Shown here one piece after another: positions 49,241-61,300 of a stretch of 64,000 bases of DNA (its first letter is position 1; the number at the start of each line of letters is the position of its first letter). Made by a program: the position numbers and the translations under genes. Below the pieces are notes generated by a model. That model was given only the letters and a program-made list of their open reading frames with translations, had not been told where the DNA came from and made no database searches. Where the stretch lies: assembly GCA_030141605.1 (NCBI GenBank), contig JAQGDQ010000002.1:2852001-2916000 (forward strand), read 5' to 3'. The DNA comes from Tubiluchus corallicola. Its lineage: Eukaryota > Animalia > Priapulida.

Positions 49241-49602
49241 TTTCATAATTTTTTTTCAAATTAGCTGGCAATTAACGAAATCATTAATTAGATTATAACT
49301 GTTAATGCGAGAATATTAATAAGTCACTGTAATTTATTTCACGACAACTATTACCCTTATGGGCAATGAGTAGAAGAAAAGAGATGCTGAAAAATTGTGA
49401 AGCAGTTGAGAGTTGAACCCGAGACCCTGAGATTAAAACTCTCATGCTGTACCACCTGAGCTACTAGTTCAACATGATAGAGCAGGTGCAAGGGTAATAA
49501 CTGTGAAATAAACCACAATGGTTTATGATTATACTGACATACACAGTAATAATCTAATTAACGATTTCATAAAATTGCTCCATCCTACTTAAAAAATTGA
49601 AA
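49241..49602 (-). mobile_element. Foldback/MITE-like element carrying a tRNA-Lys(TTT)-derived core
   Basis: Long imperfect inverted arms (gcaattaacgaaatcattaattagattataactgt / acagtaataatctaattaacgatttcataaaattgc; tttatttcac..tattaccctt / aagggtaata..gtgaaataaa) surround a tRNA-like unit. Confidence 0.7.
49398..49470 (-). pseudogene. tRNA-Lys(TTT)-like sequence, probably not a functional tRNA
   Basis: gaactag-tagctcaggtggtacagca-tgaga-gTTTTaa-tctca-gggtc-tcgggttcaactctcaa-ctgcttc. Close to canonical tRNA-Lys-UUU with a perfect anticodon stem, but G at position 32 and mismatches in the acceptor and T stems. A TTTTT follows directly. Confidence 0.7.
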
Positions 49603-50796
49603 TATTAAACTGTTTGTCAAAAAGATAACGGTGAATTTTGCTTCTATAACTTGTTCGATAATAACTTTAGAAGATGGCAAAACCAACGCCGTAAAGTAAC
49701 CAACATGGTGATTTCTAACTGCTGGATTGTAAGGCTACTATAGCTTAATTATTGGAAACTTATTTCAACAATAAGGTAAACAACAGTCATGTAATACCAT
49801 GAACTGTAGGGGAATATGTTAATGTGCAGCTAATGTTTGTAAGCAATGTTTTTGTGGCGGGGAATATTCATAAATCCAACTTATGCTGACTTGACGATTT
49901 TGTGGTACATTGTGCCATTATAGCGTGCACAGCTTGTGCTGCTTTATACTAGTACAAAAAAGTCTTATGTTGATTAAAGAGATTGGAAAAATTTAGAGGG
50001 AAAATAGCTCATCAAGTAATTTAAAGGGGATTAGTCATTTCTAAATTTTTGAAAGTATACTTCATTTAACTTTGGTTTTTTTATATTATCAATAGAGAAA
50101 TCTGTAAATCAAATGAAATAAGTTTTTTCCCTAAATTCAACCTTTTTTATTTTATTTCAACATCGTATTTTACAAAAATTCATTCTATAAATAATGCAAT
50201 AATAATAATTATGGAATTTCAACATTAGATCACACGGATTATAGATGTAATTAAGAAAATAAATAATGAACAATAAAACAAAGTGAAAAGTTTGTTGACA
50301 TCACTTATATGTCTAACGGTGACTACAAGTCTATAACACACAATAAATGTAAGTATAAAGAATATACATGGTACAGTAGATTTTGCTAGTATAGGGTAGG
50401 CTGGACTCTCATTTCTAGGGGTCATAGGATTTGTTGTCAAGGGCGAACCACAAGGCCACCAGAAAAATGCATCATTGTAAAATTAGCACATGGTTTTAAA
50501 TTTTCTATCTTCAATAAGGTAAATATTGACATACCTGTAAAAAGATTTTGAGGAATTCATATATAGTACAACATTCTGCCTGTTTCGGTATAGACATTGT
50601 CAAGTACAGGTGATAAATATTTTGCTTTCAGCACTCAAGTTTTTTAGTATATATATTGAAATAAGCCCAATTTTTGCAGTTTTTGCAATTCTGAAGTTTT
50701 TTTAGAAATGAAGAAAATGTGACGCTAGGCTAGTCTATCTTTGTTTATAACCACCTCTTTACTGTTTACCATATATTACATCAGTGTGTTTGCCTA

Positions 50797-53700
50797 TTAC
50801 AATTCCTGTTTTCGTAGCAAATTGCGTAACTTCCTCAGATTATTTTGCGTAATTTGGTCCCCAGGGTTGAGTTTCAGTGCTTCTTGGTAGGCCTTTTCTG
50901 CTTCACTCAACTTGCCATTCACATGCAGCATTGCACCTAGGTTCATGTGAGCACTTGCTGCCTGAAATATGAAAGACAACAATGATACTAGGATGTTTGC
51001 AAACCATTTCTTAAAAAAGTCTTAATGAAAGGTTCATTATATTTTTAGCGCTGCCATTAATATGGAGTTCATTAATCACTAGATAAATCTGTTTTTCGTT
51101 TTAATGGATGACCAAAACTGCAAGCGATTTGGAATTTGAAACCATATCATACATACTAATCTATCAAAAGTCTATCATTGCCGTAAGTTGGGAAATAAAA
51201 TGGAAAAGTCTGTTTTTTTTATCATATCTAGTTCATGGTATTTTTTACAGAACAAGTAGTTCTTTAAATAAATATTACTAGTTTGCAAGGAAATCTTTAT
51301 TCACTGCATATATTTAGTATTTACACTATTTTGTTTTTGTTTCAGTGGCATTTGTACATAAATTACACAAAAGGTCTGGTCATGTTAAAGCAGAGATGTT
51401 AGCTGCCACAACATTTAACAAATTCAAGATTAAGTTACATGCAAGAGCTTGGTCTTCAAGGAAAGCTGGGAGACCACACTAGTTCAGCATTTTTGGTACT
51501 AAAATATATGAGAGCCAAAATCAAAACGCTTGCAAAATCACGAGAGATTTACGCTATGATTCTTCTCAATGACATACGGGTCAATTTCTGTCAACTCCTA
51601 TACATAGTTTTCAGTGTCTTGCTGCTAGTCCTGTCTTGGCAAGGTTTACTTGTTTTAGTATATACACCGAAGGTTGTACATAATTATCCGAATGTCAGCA
51701 TTGCTGAATTGGCATTGGCAGCAAAGCACAATATTCGCAACATACCAACAATTTTGATAAAATGGGGTATGAATTTTACACTAGTACCTGGTGCATGTAC
51801 TGGCAACACAAATTACTTTATGGTCGCATTGTTACACAGTGCCGTAAACAACTTCAGTTACCGCGATAAAATACGAACCACGTGGGGGCAAGTAAAGCAT
51901 TCGCGCTATGGGAACCTAACTGTGATATTTGTCTTAGGACAAACCCTTAATGCCACCAGTCAACTGTTAGTTGAAGAAGAAAGTCACAAGCACAACGATA
52001 TCCTTCAAGGCCAGTTTATCGATACTTACCATAATTTGACATTGAAACATCTCAGTTTAATGCAGTGGGCATTAGAACACTGCTCACAACGGACAAATTG
52101 GTTTCTCAAAGGAGACGACGATATCGTTGTGAACATTTTTAAGCTCGTTCGATATTTAATTCATCCACTTACTCCGAAACATAATGCCCTGCTTTGCTAT
52201 GTGCTTAAAAATCAACTAGTGTGGAGACAAGGTGGAAAGCACAATATTTCTGAGTTAATCTATCCAGCCAGTAGATGGCCCGACTTTTGTTCTGGTCAAG
52301 CTTATGTGATATCTGTTGATGCAGCACACAGAATTTTACATCAGAGTGTAAAGATCCGTCCGATATTCATTGATGATGCATTTGTTACTGGAGTTACACG
52401 ACTACAAACGGACATCAAACTACTGCGGGTACCTAGACAATTTCAACACAGGCATTATACCATGATGGATTCCAACCCAGCTGCTGTATTCGCTAAACTA
52501 TCACCAAATCACATGCCTATATTTGGCACGCTGGCATCAATTGATAATAAGACAGACGAATTGGACATGATGTCCAAAATCTGGGACATTATCATAAAAT
52601 ATGAAGAAGAGTGAAAATTATGATATATGTACGTATGTATGTACCGTATTTTTTCGAGTATAACGCGCACACGTGTACAACGCATGCCCCTAATTTTCGA
52701 TTAAAAATTGGTATAAAATTTTGTTTCACTTTTTCTCGGCTCAGACCAAGCATTGTAAGTGACATACGTTGTTGAACACGTGCGGCCATGATCAACAACC
52801 GCGAGCTTGAATGAAGCGTCATATGCAGAACCGGTAAACAAAAATGTAAAGAACACTGAATTGAAACTTTATAACTCTGGATGTTGGTAATTGTGCAAAA
52901 CATGCAATGCTTAATTGAAGTTGCAGTGTGGGCAAGGCGAGGAAATAATCAACTACCATACATCACAGCGGATAATAAGAATTCTTGGAAATGGCACCGT
53001 CTGACAAAGTCTGCTGATGACGCAAATATTATTGATTATTTCCCTAGCTACGCCTCGCCTGTGAGTGTTGCGCATGAACCATTGAGAATTATTTATTTTA
53101 GATTGTCCACGCAAGTGCTTTGGATACTGTTACTAAAATAGACCATAGGCGTTTTGTGGGCCGAGAAATTTGGCTGCATTCAATGTTTTGCGATTGTGGT
53201 CACCGATATCTTCGACTAATGAGTCATTGCACAAATAATATATTGATACATCTAAGCGTGTCACCCCCGTCCTCGTTTATAACGCGCACCCAAACTTTGA
53301 CTTCTTTTTTAGGTAGAAAAGTTTGTGTGTTATACTCGAATAAATACGGTATGTATGTATGCATGCATGCATGGATGTGACACCTATGTAATAAAACTTT
53401 GTGCATCAGTATATTGGAGACTTAATCCAACAGGCATCAGCCATTGTTGAACTATACTCAATTTAGAAAGTTATATACTTTTCACTTCCTAATCTTTAAT
53501 GAGCGAATTAAACATAAAGTTGCATTGTTGTGTGTGATTCTTATGAATTTAGTAGAAACCTATTAGATATTAATTTTACCAAAAAGGTGTGCATCTTTTT
53601 TAAAAATCTTTAGACATATTTACATTAAAGATGCATCCTGATTTGTAAATTTTTGACAGATTAATCAGAGTTAAGGTGCATGCGATATTGTACTGGAATA

Positions 53701-56700
53701 AATGCATCCTACCATTCCAGGCACACGTCGTATTTTAGGTAAATTTTGTAAAACTACTGTCATGTAAAGTGTTTAGTAAGGAAAGGAGAAGGCAAACTTT
53801 CCACTTTTACTAATAATATGGCCTTGAAGCTAGATATGCATGTACTTACATCTGGTTTCAAGTTGACTGCAGCTCTATAAAAAGTCTCTGCTTTCTCGTT
53901 CTCACCTGCTTGTCTAAAAACAAAAGATGTCTCATTACGTAAAAATGGAAAAGTAATTTTCTGAGCTGGACAAAAAAGTAGTCACAGAACTTGAATATTA
54001 TTGCGGCAGGTAATGCTGGCAATTTTTTTGGTTTTATTTTGAAGTACTAACATACATAGTTGGTGTACATCAATTGATTTTCAGCAATAATTATGTTGAA
54101 ATGATTCTAAATATATAAAAAATGCCTACGTAAGAATGCCAAAGTTATCAATTAATATATTCCTGTAAACTGTTTACTTACTTTTATCAGGTTAAATGGT
54201 TGCAATATTTGTTTTTATTAAGTTCAGTATTGTATAACTCTTAAACGTGACAATTACAAATCTTCTACTTTATCTCTTGTACAATATTGTACATGGGAGA
54301 AGCATCAGAATACCAGGCACTCACTTGTGAGAATTCCACTAACTAAATATGTCAGGTGTCTGCAAAGAAATATTTTTCAAATACAGCAGCAACCCAATGT
54401 TGAAGAGCTTCAACAGCAAAGTATTATAATTTAGTGTATTCATTTACCTTAATGTATTTGCCGCATTGAACATGACCTCAAACTCAGATGGTGATAGTTT
54501 TGCTGCTTTCATGAACTCTTGAGCTGCTTCATGAATGTTTCCTCTTTCGGCTAGATACTGTCCGTGATGCTGGTACACTGCTGGATCATCTGGTGCTAAC
54601 TCCTTTGCTTGATCAAACAATTCTTCCGACTGTATAATCCGCCCCTAAAGTAAAAGATTAAACACATAGTTCTGTGTTGCCCCTTTTTTGCCTTATTGTC
54701 TTCATACTACCTCTGATAACGTGTGGTATTACATACCAGTATGAATGGTAGCTATCAGTTAGCGTAAAATAACCTAAACATTTTCTGAAACAACGTGCCC
54801 TAAAACTTTCTGGTTTACTCTTACTCACACAAAAATAAATTTTTAGGAGTAAATAAGATAATATCTTGCAACCAACATAAAAACTAACAGGGCTTTCAAA
54901 GCCTTTTTACAGAGACTGTATTGTTAGACTGACCATTCCTTGTGACATTCCTCTTGAGCACTGATTCCACTTCATCAGAAATATATTCTGTTAGTTAAAC
55001 ACGAAGAATAAAAATCAGTTAAAATGCATTTCTTTTAAAGCTACTGTCTCAAGTTTTGGTTCAACAGAAGGTAGTACTTCTGATTAACAATGGCTGTAAG
55101 TTTATTAACACACAAACATTTAAGTATTTAATACATGCAAAATAATAATGCATAACACGTGATACTAGGTGTCAATTAACATTCTGCCTGCCAATACTTA
55201 CGGTTTTATAGTATAGTTTAGCCAGCGTAAGGTGTGCAGGAATGTGATCTGATTTTGCTTTCAATGCTTTCCTGTACCATGTCTCAGCTTCCTGTAACTT
55301 TCCCAGTCGAAAATATGCTTCACCTAGGTTAAAATTTTAAATTTGCATGAAATAATTGTTTTTAGGCTAATATAGAATCACAAATTTTTTGGTGTTATAA
55401 CCTTGCAAAAAATATAATGGCTTGTGTTTTTAGTACTTGTCAGTAGATGGTGCCACATAACTTCCACTATAATTATTTTGGCAAAATCGCCATTGATGGA
55501 GCTGGTGGGAGCACCTACAAAAAAGCTATTGATACCAACATAGAACTAATTAAATCTGATAACCAATCAATCTCAATAGACAAGAAATGCGAAAAGTTGG
55601 AATACAGCCTGGATTTAAACCAGGGACCAACTTACCAGACTAACACCATAACCACTAAGTCATCGTGTTTAATAGTGATTGTGGCTATCCAAAATTCATC
55701 CTTATAGCTGGTCCACCAATTCAGCATTTCCGGGGTTAGATCACACACACGCACACGGAATGATTCTAACTAATTAAATGATTTTTATTGTTCGTTTGGA
55801 AATGCTGAAAGCATTCCAATTTTCCACACTGTCTTTTCTAGTTTGGTATCAAAACAGGATTGTACCATCATTAATGATAATCTTGACATTATGAATATAA
55901 AAGACTAATTATGAATATATTTACAGTAGACCAAGTTACCTAACATATTGTACAAACTTTGTGGCGGATAATGTGTTGTCATCTTACTCACTGCTTCATG
56001 GTAAACTTCTAGTGCACCCTAAAATGTAAAATAAGCAGTGCTAAGCCTAGCTTGTTTATAATTCCTTAATTTCAAGACAATTATTTGTTGCAATGAATAA
56101 AGAAAAAACTAGGCAAACCTGAAAATCTTCCTGTTCTGCTAGTACACGACCCAAGTTGTACAAACATGATATTTTTGTGTTCTCGTGAGTTTTTGGATCT
56201 TTCAAACCACTGCCGTCTAGTGTTGAACAATGCCGGTACACGACTGCGGCTTCATCTTTGTTTCCCAGGAGAGCAAGTACAATACCCAAATTCAGATGGG
56301 CAGCTGTAACAAAAGGTACGTGTAAAATAGAAAAATTTATGAAACTTGAGAAATTACGTAAAGCATTTATAAAACTGTGAAACTCAAGAAGCTTAGAAGG
56401 CTCAGTTTGCTTGTAAAGAATCAAATGACCACAATATCAAAAGACAACTTTGTGATACTAAATGGCCAGCTTAACGTCTACATGAGCACAATTAACGATA
56501 AGTATTACACGGTAGTCAATTAGTTAATGAAGTTTTTAACCTGACTGGTTAGTGTAGGTACACTGCTGGTCTTAATAGAGATGAATTCAGTGTTACTCAG
56601 TAGAGATCTGAATTAGATGTAGCAACCATAGTTGCATAAATTGCAAGTTAAATTTAAGAACGAGAGAGTGTCCTGGGAATGTGGTTATTATTTTTGGCAG

Positions 56701-59115
56701 ATATACTAGACCTGATAGTTAATTTTATTTGGAAAGCAAGTAATGAAGGCTATAATTCAGCAGACTAACTAAAAATGCCTGAAATGAAAGTTCGAAATCT
56801 TATCCGATACAAATTGACATTGTAAAAAGCATTGTAGTGCTGGAGAAATGGCTGAATGTGTTGTACCTGCCAGTCGTGGACGGCACTTTATAGCCATTTG
56901 GTAACTAGCCACAGCTTCTTCATATCGCTTCATATCTTGAAGGAGAATGCCACTAAAACAACAGAAATACGTAAAAACAGTCCTAAAACATCAAACAAGA
57001 CAATTAACAACGTTTAAATGCAATTAATTTTTGTGTTTGGCGTTGTAACAACAATTGCAGAAAAATAGTGTAGTGATAGATCAAACTTTAAAAATATTAA
57101 TAATTTATTTTTAAAATATATTAAGATATCTTTATGAAACAGCAAAAAACTTTTTTTGAAAAGAATAATATTAATTTTGAAGAATCTATTGCTTACAGAT
57201 TATAATGCACGTCTGCCATATTGCCTCTGTGTTGCAAAGCACGTCGATAAGCAGCTTCAGCTTCTTTGTTCTTGCCCTGATTGTTCAAAATGTTTGCTAA
57301 ATTTCCCCATGCTGCAAATAGCACGAAATGCTGTCAGTAAAGTAAAATAACAGAAAACACCAATGTTATAGTAAAAACAACAAAGAAAAAATCCAGCAAA
57401 TAAAACATTTACTTAATGGCAGTTAAGCAGTAAGTCATCTGCTTGATACAGTCTAGAGATTCTACTCAGTTTAGAGATTGTTTTCAATGCACCCATTTAT
57501 CAGGCCTGCATTACGCGCTATTTTTTCTGTAGCTATTTCCTACTGATTTTTCTCCCCAGCTATTCCACAGATGGATAACGCATACTGCATTTGTATTCCG
57601 GATTCCACATAAATGCAACTGTGCAAATTTCAAAGAATTTGGAATGCCTACAGAATTGTTTGCAAGACTTTGGAATGTTAAATTTTGTACAATTCCAATG
57701 GAAACATGTGAACATAATTTCTGCATACCTTTGGCAGGGTTTACAGTAAGCCCCGATTTATAAAGAGACTCCTCTGATTCCCAATCCTTATTCCTCAATA
57801 TTGTCCTAGCACTATAGCTTATGACTAGTATTCCTAGAACAGCATGCAGAGCCATCTGTAAGCCACACTTTTTTCTTTCCATGTCTCTCGTCATCTTTAT
57901 TAAGTGGTTGAAACCTAAAAATAAAAAGGAGAATTAAGGTCGTTTCAATGTTGAACTTGTAAAAACAGCCATACCTTAGCACATATTACAGGTTTGAGTT
58001 AAATTGAATTTCCATCATATACATGCTGTACACCTTTTGCTAAAGTTTATATAATGCAGTTAATAATAATCAAGATCAGTATAGTGCATTTTCATTCCGT
58101 GAATGAAAAAATTATGACATTGAGGTTAATTTTAAACTAAACTCTTTGTAAGCTATAGCTAGATCTTGGATCTTATTAGTAAGTCAGAATTGGTGTGCAC
58201 TGTGCACTGTATAGCCAAAGCAAGACACATATTCATTAATGGACCTAGGGGTTGAATTTTCCAACCATAATAGTTTTTAACTCATTCTTGCACTCATTCA
58301 TACAGAGTTATATAGTTCTTTTCTAACTTCTTACCATAAGCGACTAGAAGACAATATCCCATGCTGGGTATATACAAGACTCTCTCTGCTATCACAAATC
58401 CTACGTAGAAAAATAAATTTGTCGCTGGAAGAAAGGGTAGGATCATTAACGTCAAACACATAAGAAGCACGTCTTTTGACTGACTTGACGTCACATCGCT
58501 GATGATGTGGTACGCGTGTCCATTTAGCATGCTTTTGTGACTACTGCTGATACCATTCAATGTTTTGGACGTTGTTCGTTTTAACAGGCCTTCCACAGTT
58601 TTGTCATTATTGCACACAGAGCCGTCTATCACTTTCCTGAAAACATGATGGCCATTGTCTTGACTAGTATGTTTTAATACATGGTGAATGTTTACTCCAT
58701 TCATATGTTTAACACCATTCACTGTAGGCAGCTTCCCATTTTGCACTAGGTCAGAATGATTTCCATCAGTACTCTTATTTACACTTTTAAATATATACAC
58801 AATCACAAACAACAACAAACTATAAAATGCAACTGTCAGTATTATACGACTATCGTGTATACTAGTCACCAATGGGACAGCCTCCATTGACCAATCAAAA
58901 CTCAACGTCCAAGGAAACAACAGCAGTCCAAAATTGAGCACGGGTAGGTACAAGAATGTGAAGAATCGTGTTGAGAGAGAGTCTGAATCGCTGGCTGGAT
59001 TATCGCTAGGTGCAAAATCTGGAGGCTGATTCCCAATCAGATAGAGACGAGAACTGACAAGCACAAGAAGGCTTACAAACAAACAAAGACAACCTTCGTG
59101 GAGCTTCCTGTATTC
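50797..59115 (-). CDS. TMTC2: Protein O-mannosyltransferase TMTC2, 3' ten exons (5' exons lie right of the window)
   Basis: Exons: 59115-58335, 57914-57729, 57311-57197, 56952-56867, 56303-56119, 56018-55940, 55323-55202, 54644-54448, 53913-53850, 50961-50797; total 1980 nt, in frame. Motifs: FAPSDNPAS; [11 protein letters not shown]; [29 protein letters not shown]; TPR repeats with TMTC2-type [31 protein letters not shown] and ITQNNLRKL. Confidence 0.92.
51439..52614 (+). CDS. GT31-family beta-1,3-glycosyltransferase (B3GALT/brainiac-like), single coding exon, nested in the last TMTC2 intron
   Basis: 391-aa ORF with a type II TM segment ([15 protein letters not shown]) and motifs [37 protein letters not shown] (DxD), [13 protein letters not shown] and IDDAFVTG. 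The true start may be a downstream Met. Confidence 0.9.
   Translation: MQELGLQGKLGDHTSSAFLVLKYMRAKIKTLAKSREIYAMILLNDIRVNFCQLLYIVFSVLLLVLSWQGLLVLVYTPKVVHNYPNVSIAELALAAKHNIRNIPTILIKWGMNFTLVPGACTGNTNYFMVALLHSAVNNFSYRDKIRTTWGQVKHSRYGNLTVIFVLGQTLNATSQLLVEEESHKHNDILQGQFIDTYHNLTLKHLSLMQWALEHCSQRTNWFLKGDDDIVVNIFKLVRYLIHPLTPKHNALLCYVLKNQLVWRQGGKHNISELIYPASRWPDFCSGQAYVISVDAAHRILHQSVKIRPIFIDDAFVTGVTRLQTDIKLLRVPRQFQHRHYTMMDSNPAAVFAKLSPNHMPIFGTLASIDNKTDELDMMSKIWDIIIKYEEE
52644..53349. mobile_element. Tc1/mariner(pogo)-type MITE
   Basis: TIRs ccgtatttt ttcgagtataacgcgca / ccgtattta ttcgagtataacacaca, a TA on each side, inserted into a (TATG)n tract; non-coding. Confidence 0.85.
55540..55785 (-). repeat. 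Repeat family A, copy 2, with a tRNA-like cassette (~55599-55670)
   Basis: Minus strand reads taattagttagaatca...gaccagctataaggatgaatttt...tgacttagtgg...ggtccctggtttaaatccaggctgtattccaactttt...tatcagatttaatta, matching 25815-26033. Confidence 0.7.
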
Positions 59116-59930
59116 CTGTAATATAAAATAAACCAAAATTAACAATAATGTTAATATGTAACTTCATTTTCACTCACCAAGCATTGTATTTATTATTTTT
59201 TAACTGTTGAAGATTCGCATACATGGTGGATGGAGTTTTGCTAAAATAGACATTTGCTAAAAATGACCAAAATTACTAAAGTCTACCCACAGTGTTATAA
59301 AAAGCTGCTTACTCCAATGCAAAAATAATAGTATCGTATATAATGCATTTCTTTGTTTTACTTGGTCAAAGAAAACAGCTATCGTGAGTTAATGTTGACT
59401 TGAAGATCATCAACATAGGGACTAACAAACACTGCAGACATTATTGTGCCGTGCATGACTGGCAGCATTGACTTTTTGTCATTGGAGGCACAATTATGTG
59501 GCAATGATCACACAGCATGGCTAAACAAGGAACTGGTCTTAACTCTATCGGAACTTTTATACTTTAGTAAATTTCTCCATCGAAAAGGTTAATTTCCAAC
59601 ACTAAAAACGGATACATGTATAATAAAAAAAATCCTACCGTAAAAGACTTCATTACACATCAGTAGCTATTTTCAATGCGTTAAAGGAAAATAACATTAA
59701 AATTAAATTTTTATACGGTTAGCTAAAGGCCTTTGTGACGCTCAGGCTTATTTTAGGCCAGGTTATGTAACTAGTTCCTACTGTTATAATTCCACCATTA
59801 ATTATTGTCAATCTTTATAAAAGAAGTTTAGTTAAACTGTTTAATGATATAAGGCTAGAAGCCAACTTGTTCTGAAATCAGATTTCACCTGTACATTCAA
59901 TGATACTGTTTATGCATTACTACTATATCA

Positions 59931-60740
59931 TGTGACTGAAGCCACGTAGACGAAATTTTGGCTGTTCAGTTCGCCCAGGTATTCCGCTTTAAGTTGGCGA
60001 GTTAAGCGGACGTTCACATGTCATAAAATGATGGTTTAGTAGTAATAGTGCTTGCTTGTAGAAAAGCGATCTGTCTACCTGGTTACGACAGAGACGATAG
60101 TTGCATTCTAGCGATGATACTTACCTATTGCTGATTATATTTTCCTGATGCTGATGATACATCACTTACCAGTTGTCGATGATATCTGCTGCTGATGATA
60201 CTTACTCGTATTTACCTGACGTTGATGATACTGTCGTTGGTGCGGGATGCTGTGATTACAAAATTGGTAATCCTTACCTTGCGACGAGTGCAGGAGCTTG
60301 GATGCTACCCCATTTTGGCGTCATATAAGTGGAGGCGTGTACATCAGGAGTCGTCAAAGTTTGGAGACGTCGTCGTCCACGTAATCAGCTCCATCAAGAG
60401 GTAGTGTAGTCAACCGTTCTATGGTGCACCATTCCTCGATCAAGCCCTTGGTGGGGAGATGCCGCGGAATGGGAGAAGGAGAATAGTCGCTTGATGATGC
60501 CAAGACTGGACTGGTGAAAAACATTACGTTGTTCTTTTCCTTCTTAGCCGGCTTAATCTTTATTATTAACATTTGTCTCGTAATGTGTTTTGAAATATTC
60601 ATTAAATTGTTATATTATTTTATTAATTCAGTGGTTTCTTCACAGTGTTTTCGACTAAGTGTTTTATTCTTTACCTAAGGGTTACACTTAAGTCACAAAC
60701 CACATATTTACAATAACGGAACTTAGACTACATCGTCACA
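59931..60740 (+). mobile_element. 5' LTR of the Gypsy element (810 bp)
   Basis: Ends TGTGAC...GTCACA, followed 3 nt later by a PBS. The left end is inferred from the inverted ends because the 3' LTR is outside the window. Confidence 0.8.
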
Positions 60741-60743
60741 TTA

Positions 60744-60761
60744 TGGTGTCAGAAGTGGGAT
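60744..60761 (+). other. Primer binding site for tRNA-Leu
   Basis: TGGTGTCAGAAGTGGGAT is complementary to the 3' end of eukaryotic tRNA-Leu (...ATCCCACTTCTGACACCA). Confidence 0.9.
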
Positions 60762-61300
60762 ATTTGACTTTATTTGGTGTAACTCGGTAGGAATAAAATT
60801 CTTTGTCAGCATTTTGAGAATTTAATGATATTTACTTTCAGGTAATTAGTTACATAGCTAATTTTCTGGGGGAATCTTTGGGCAAAAGCATATCGAAAGA
60901 ACATAGCATCTTCCGTTGAGTGACTTTATTGATTACTCAGTTGAAAGTGTTTTGTCTATTATTTAAATAGGTTTCCTGCAGATTTCGTAAACGCTATAAT
61001 TCCAGGTGTATGCCGACTTGAATGCCGATTTGTCCTTGATTACACTGTAAACGTTTCAAGTGCTAGTGAAACCGTTATTTCGTTGCAGGCTAGTCAAAAG
61101 TCTTGGCCTAGATTTTGTATATTCCTAGTTTGCTACTTTGTTTGATTTGCACTTACATTACCCCTAATATACAGTATTTTTGTATGTCTGTATGCGTTGA
61201 GCCAGTGTGTGTCAGTTGAATGATAGATCTATAAATATTCTGCGAGCATAAAGTTTTTTCACTGTAACTACTATTTGTCCTATATTATCCTGTGATTAGA

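Noticed and set aside
49398-49470. Functional tRNA-Lys gene
   Set aside because: G at position 32, mismatched acceptor and T stems, and location inside a repeat; kept only as a tRNA-derived sequence.
60110-60235. C/D-box snoRNA suggested by TGATGA and CTGA motifs
   Set aside because: The motifs are part of LTR-internal repeats, and there is no terminal stem or recognisable rRNA guide.
60762-61300. env-like or extra ORF, or a spliced leader, in the Gypsy 5' region
   Set aside because: No ORF of meaningful length; isolated donor and acceptor-like motifs are not enough without RNA data.
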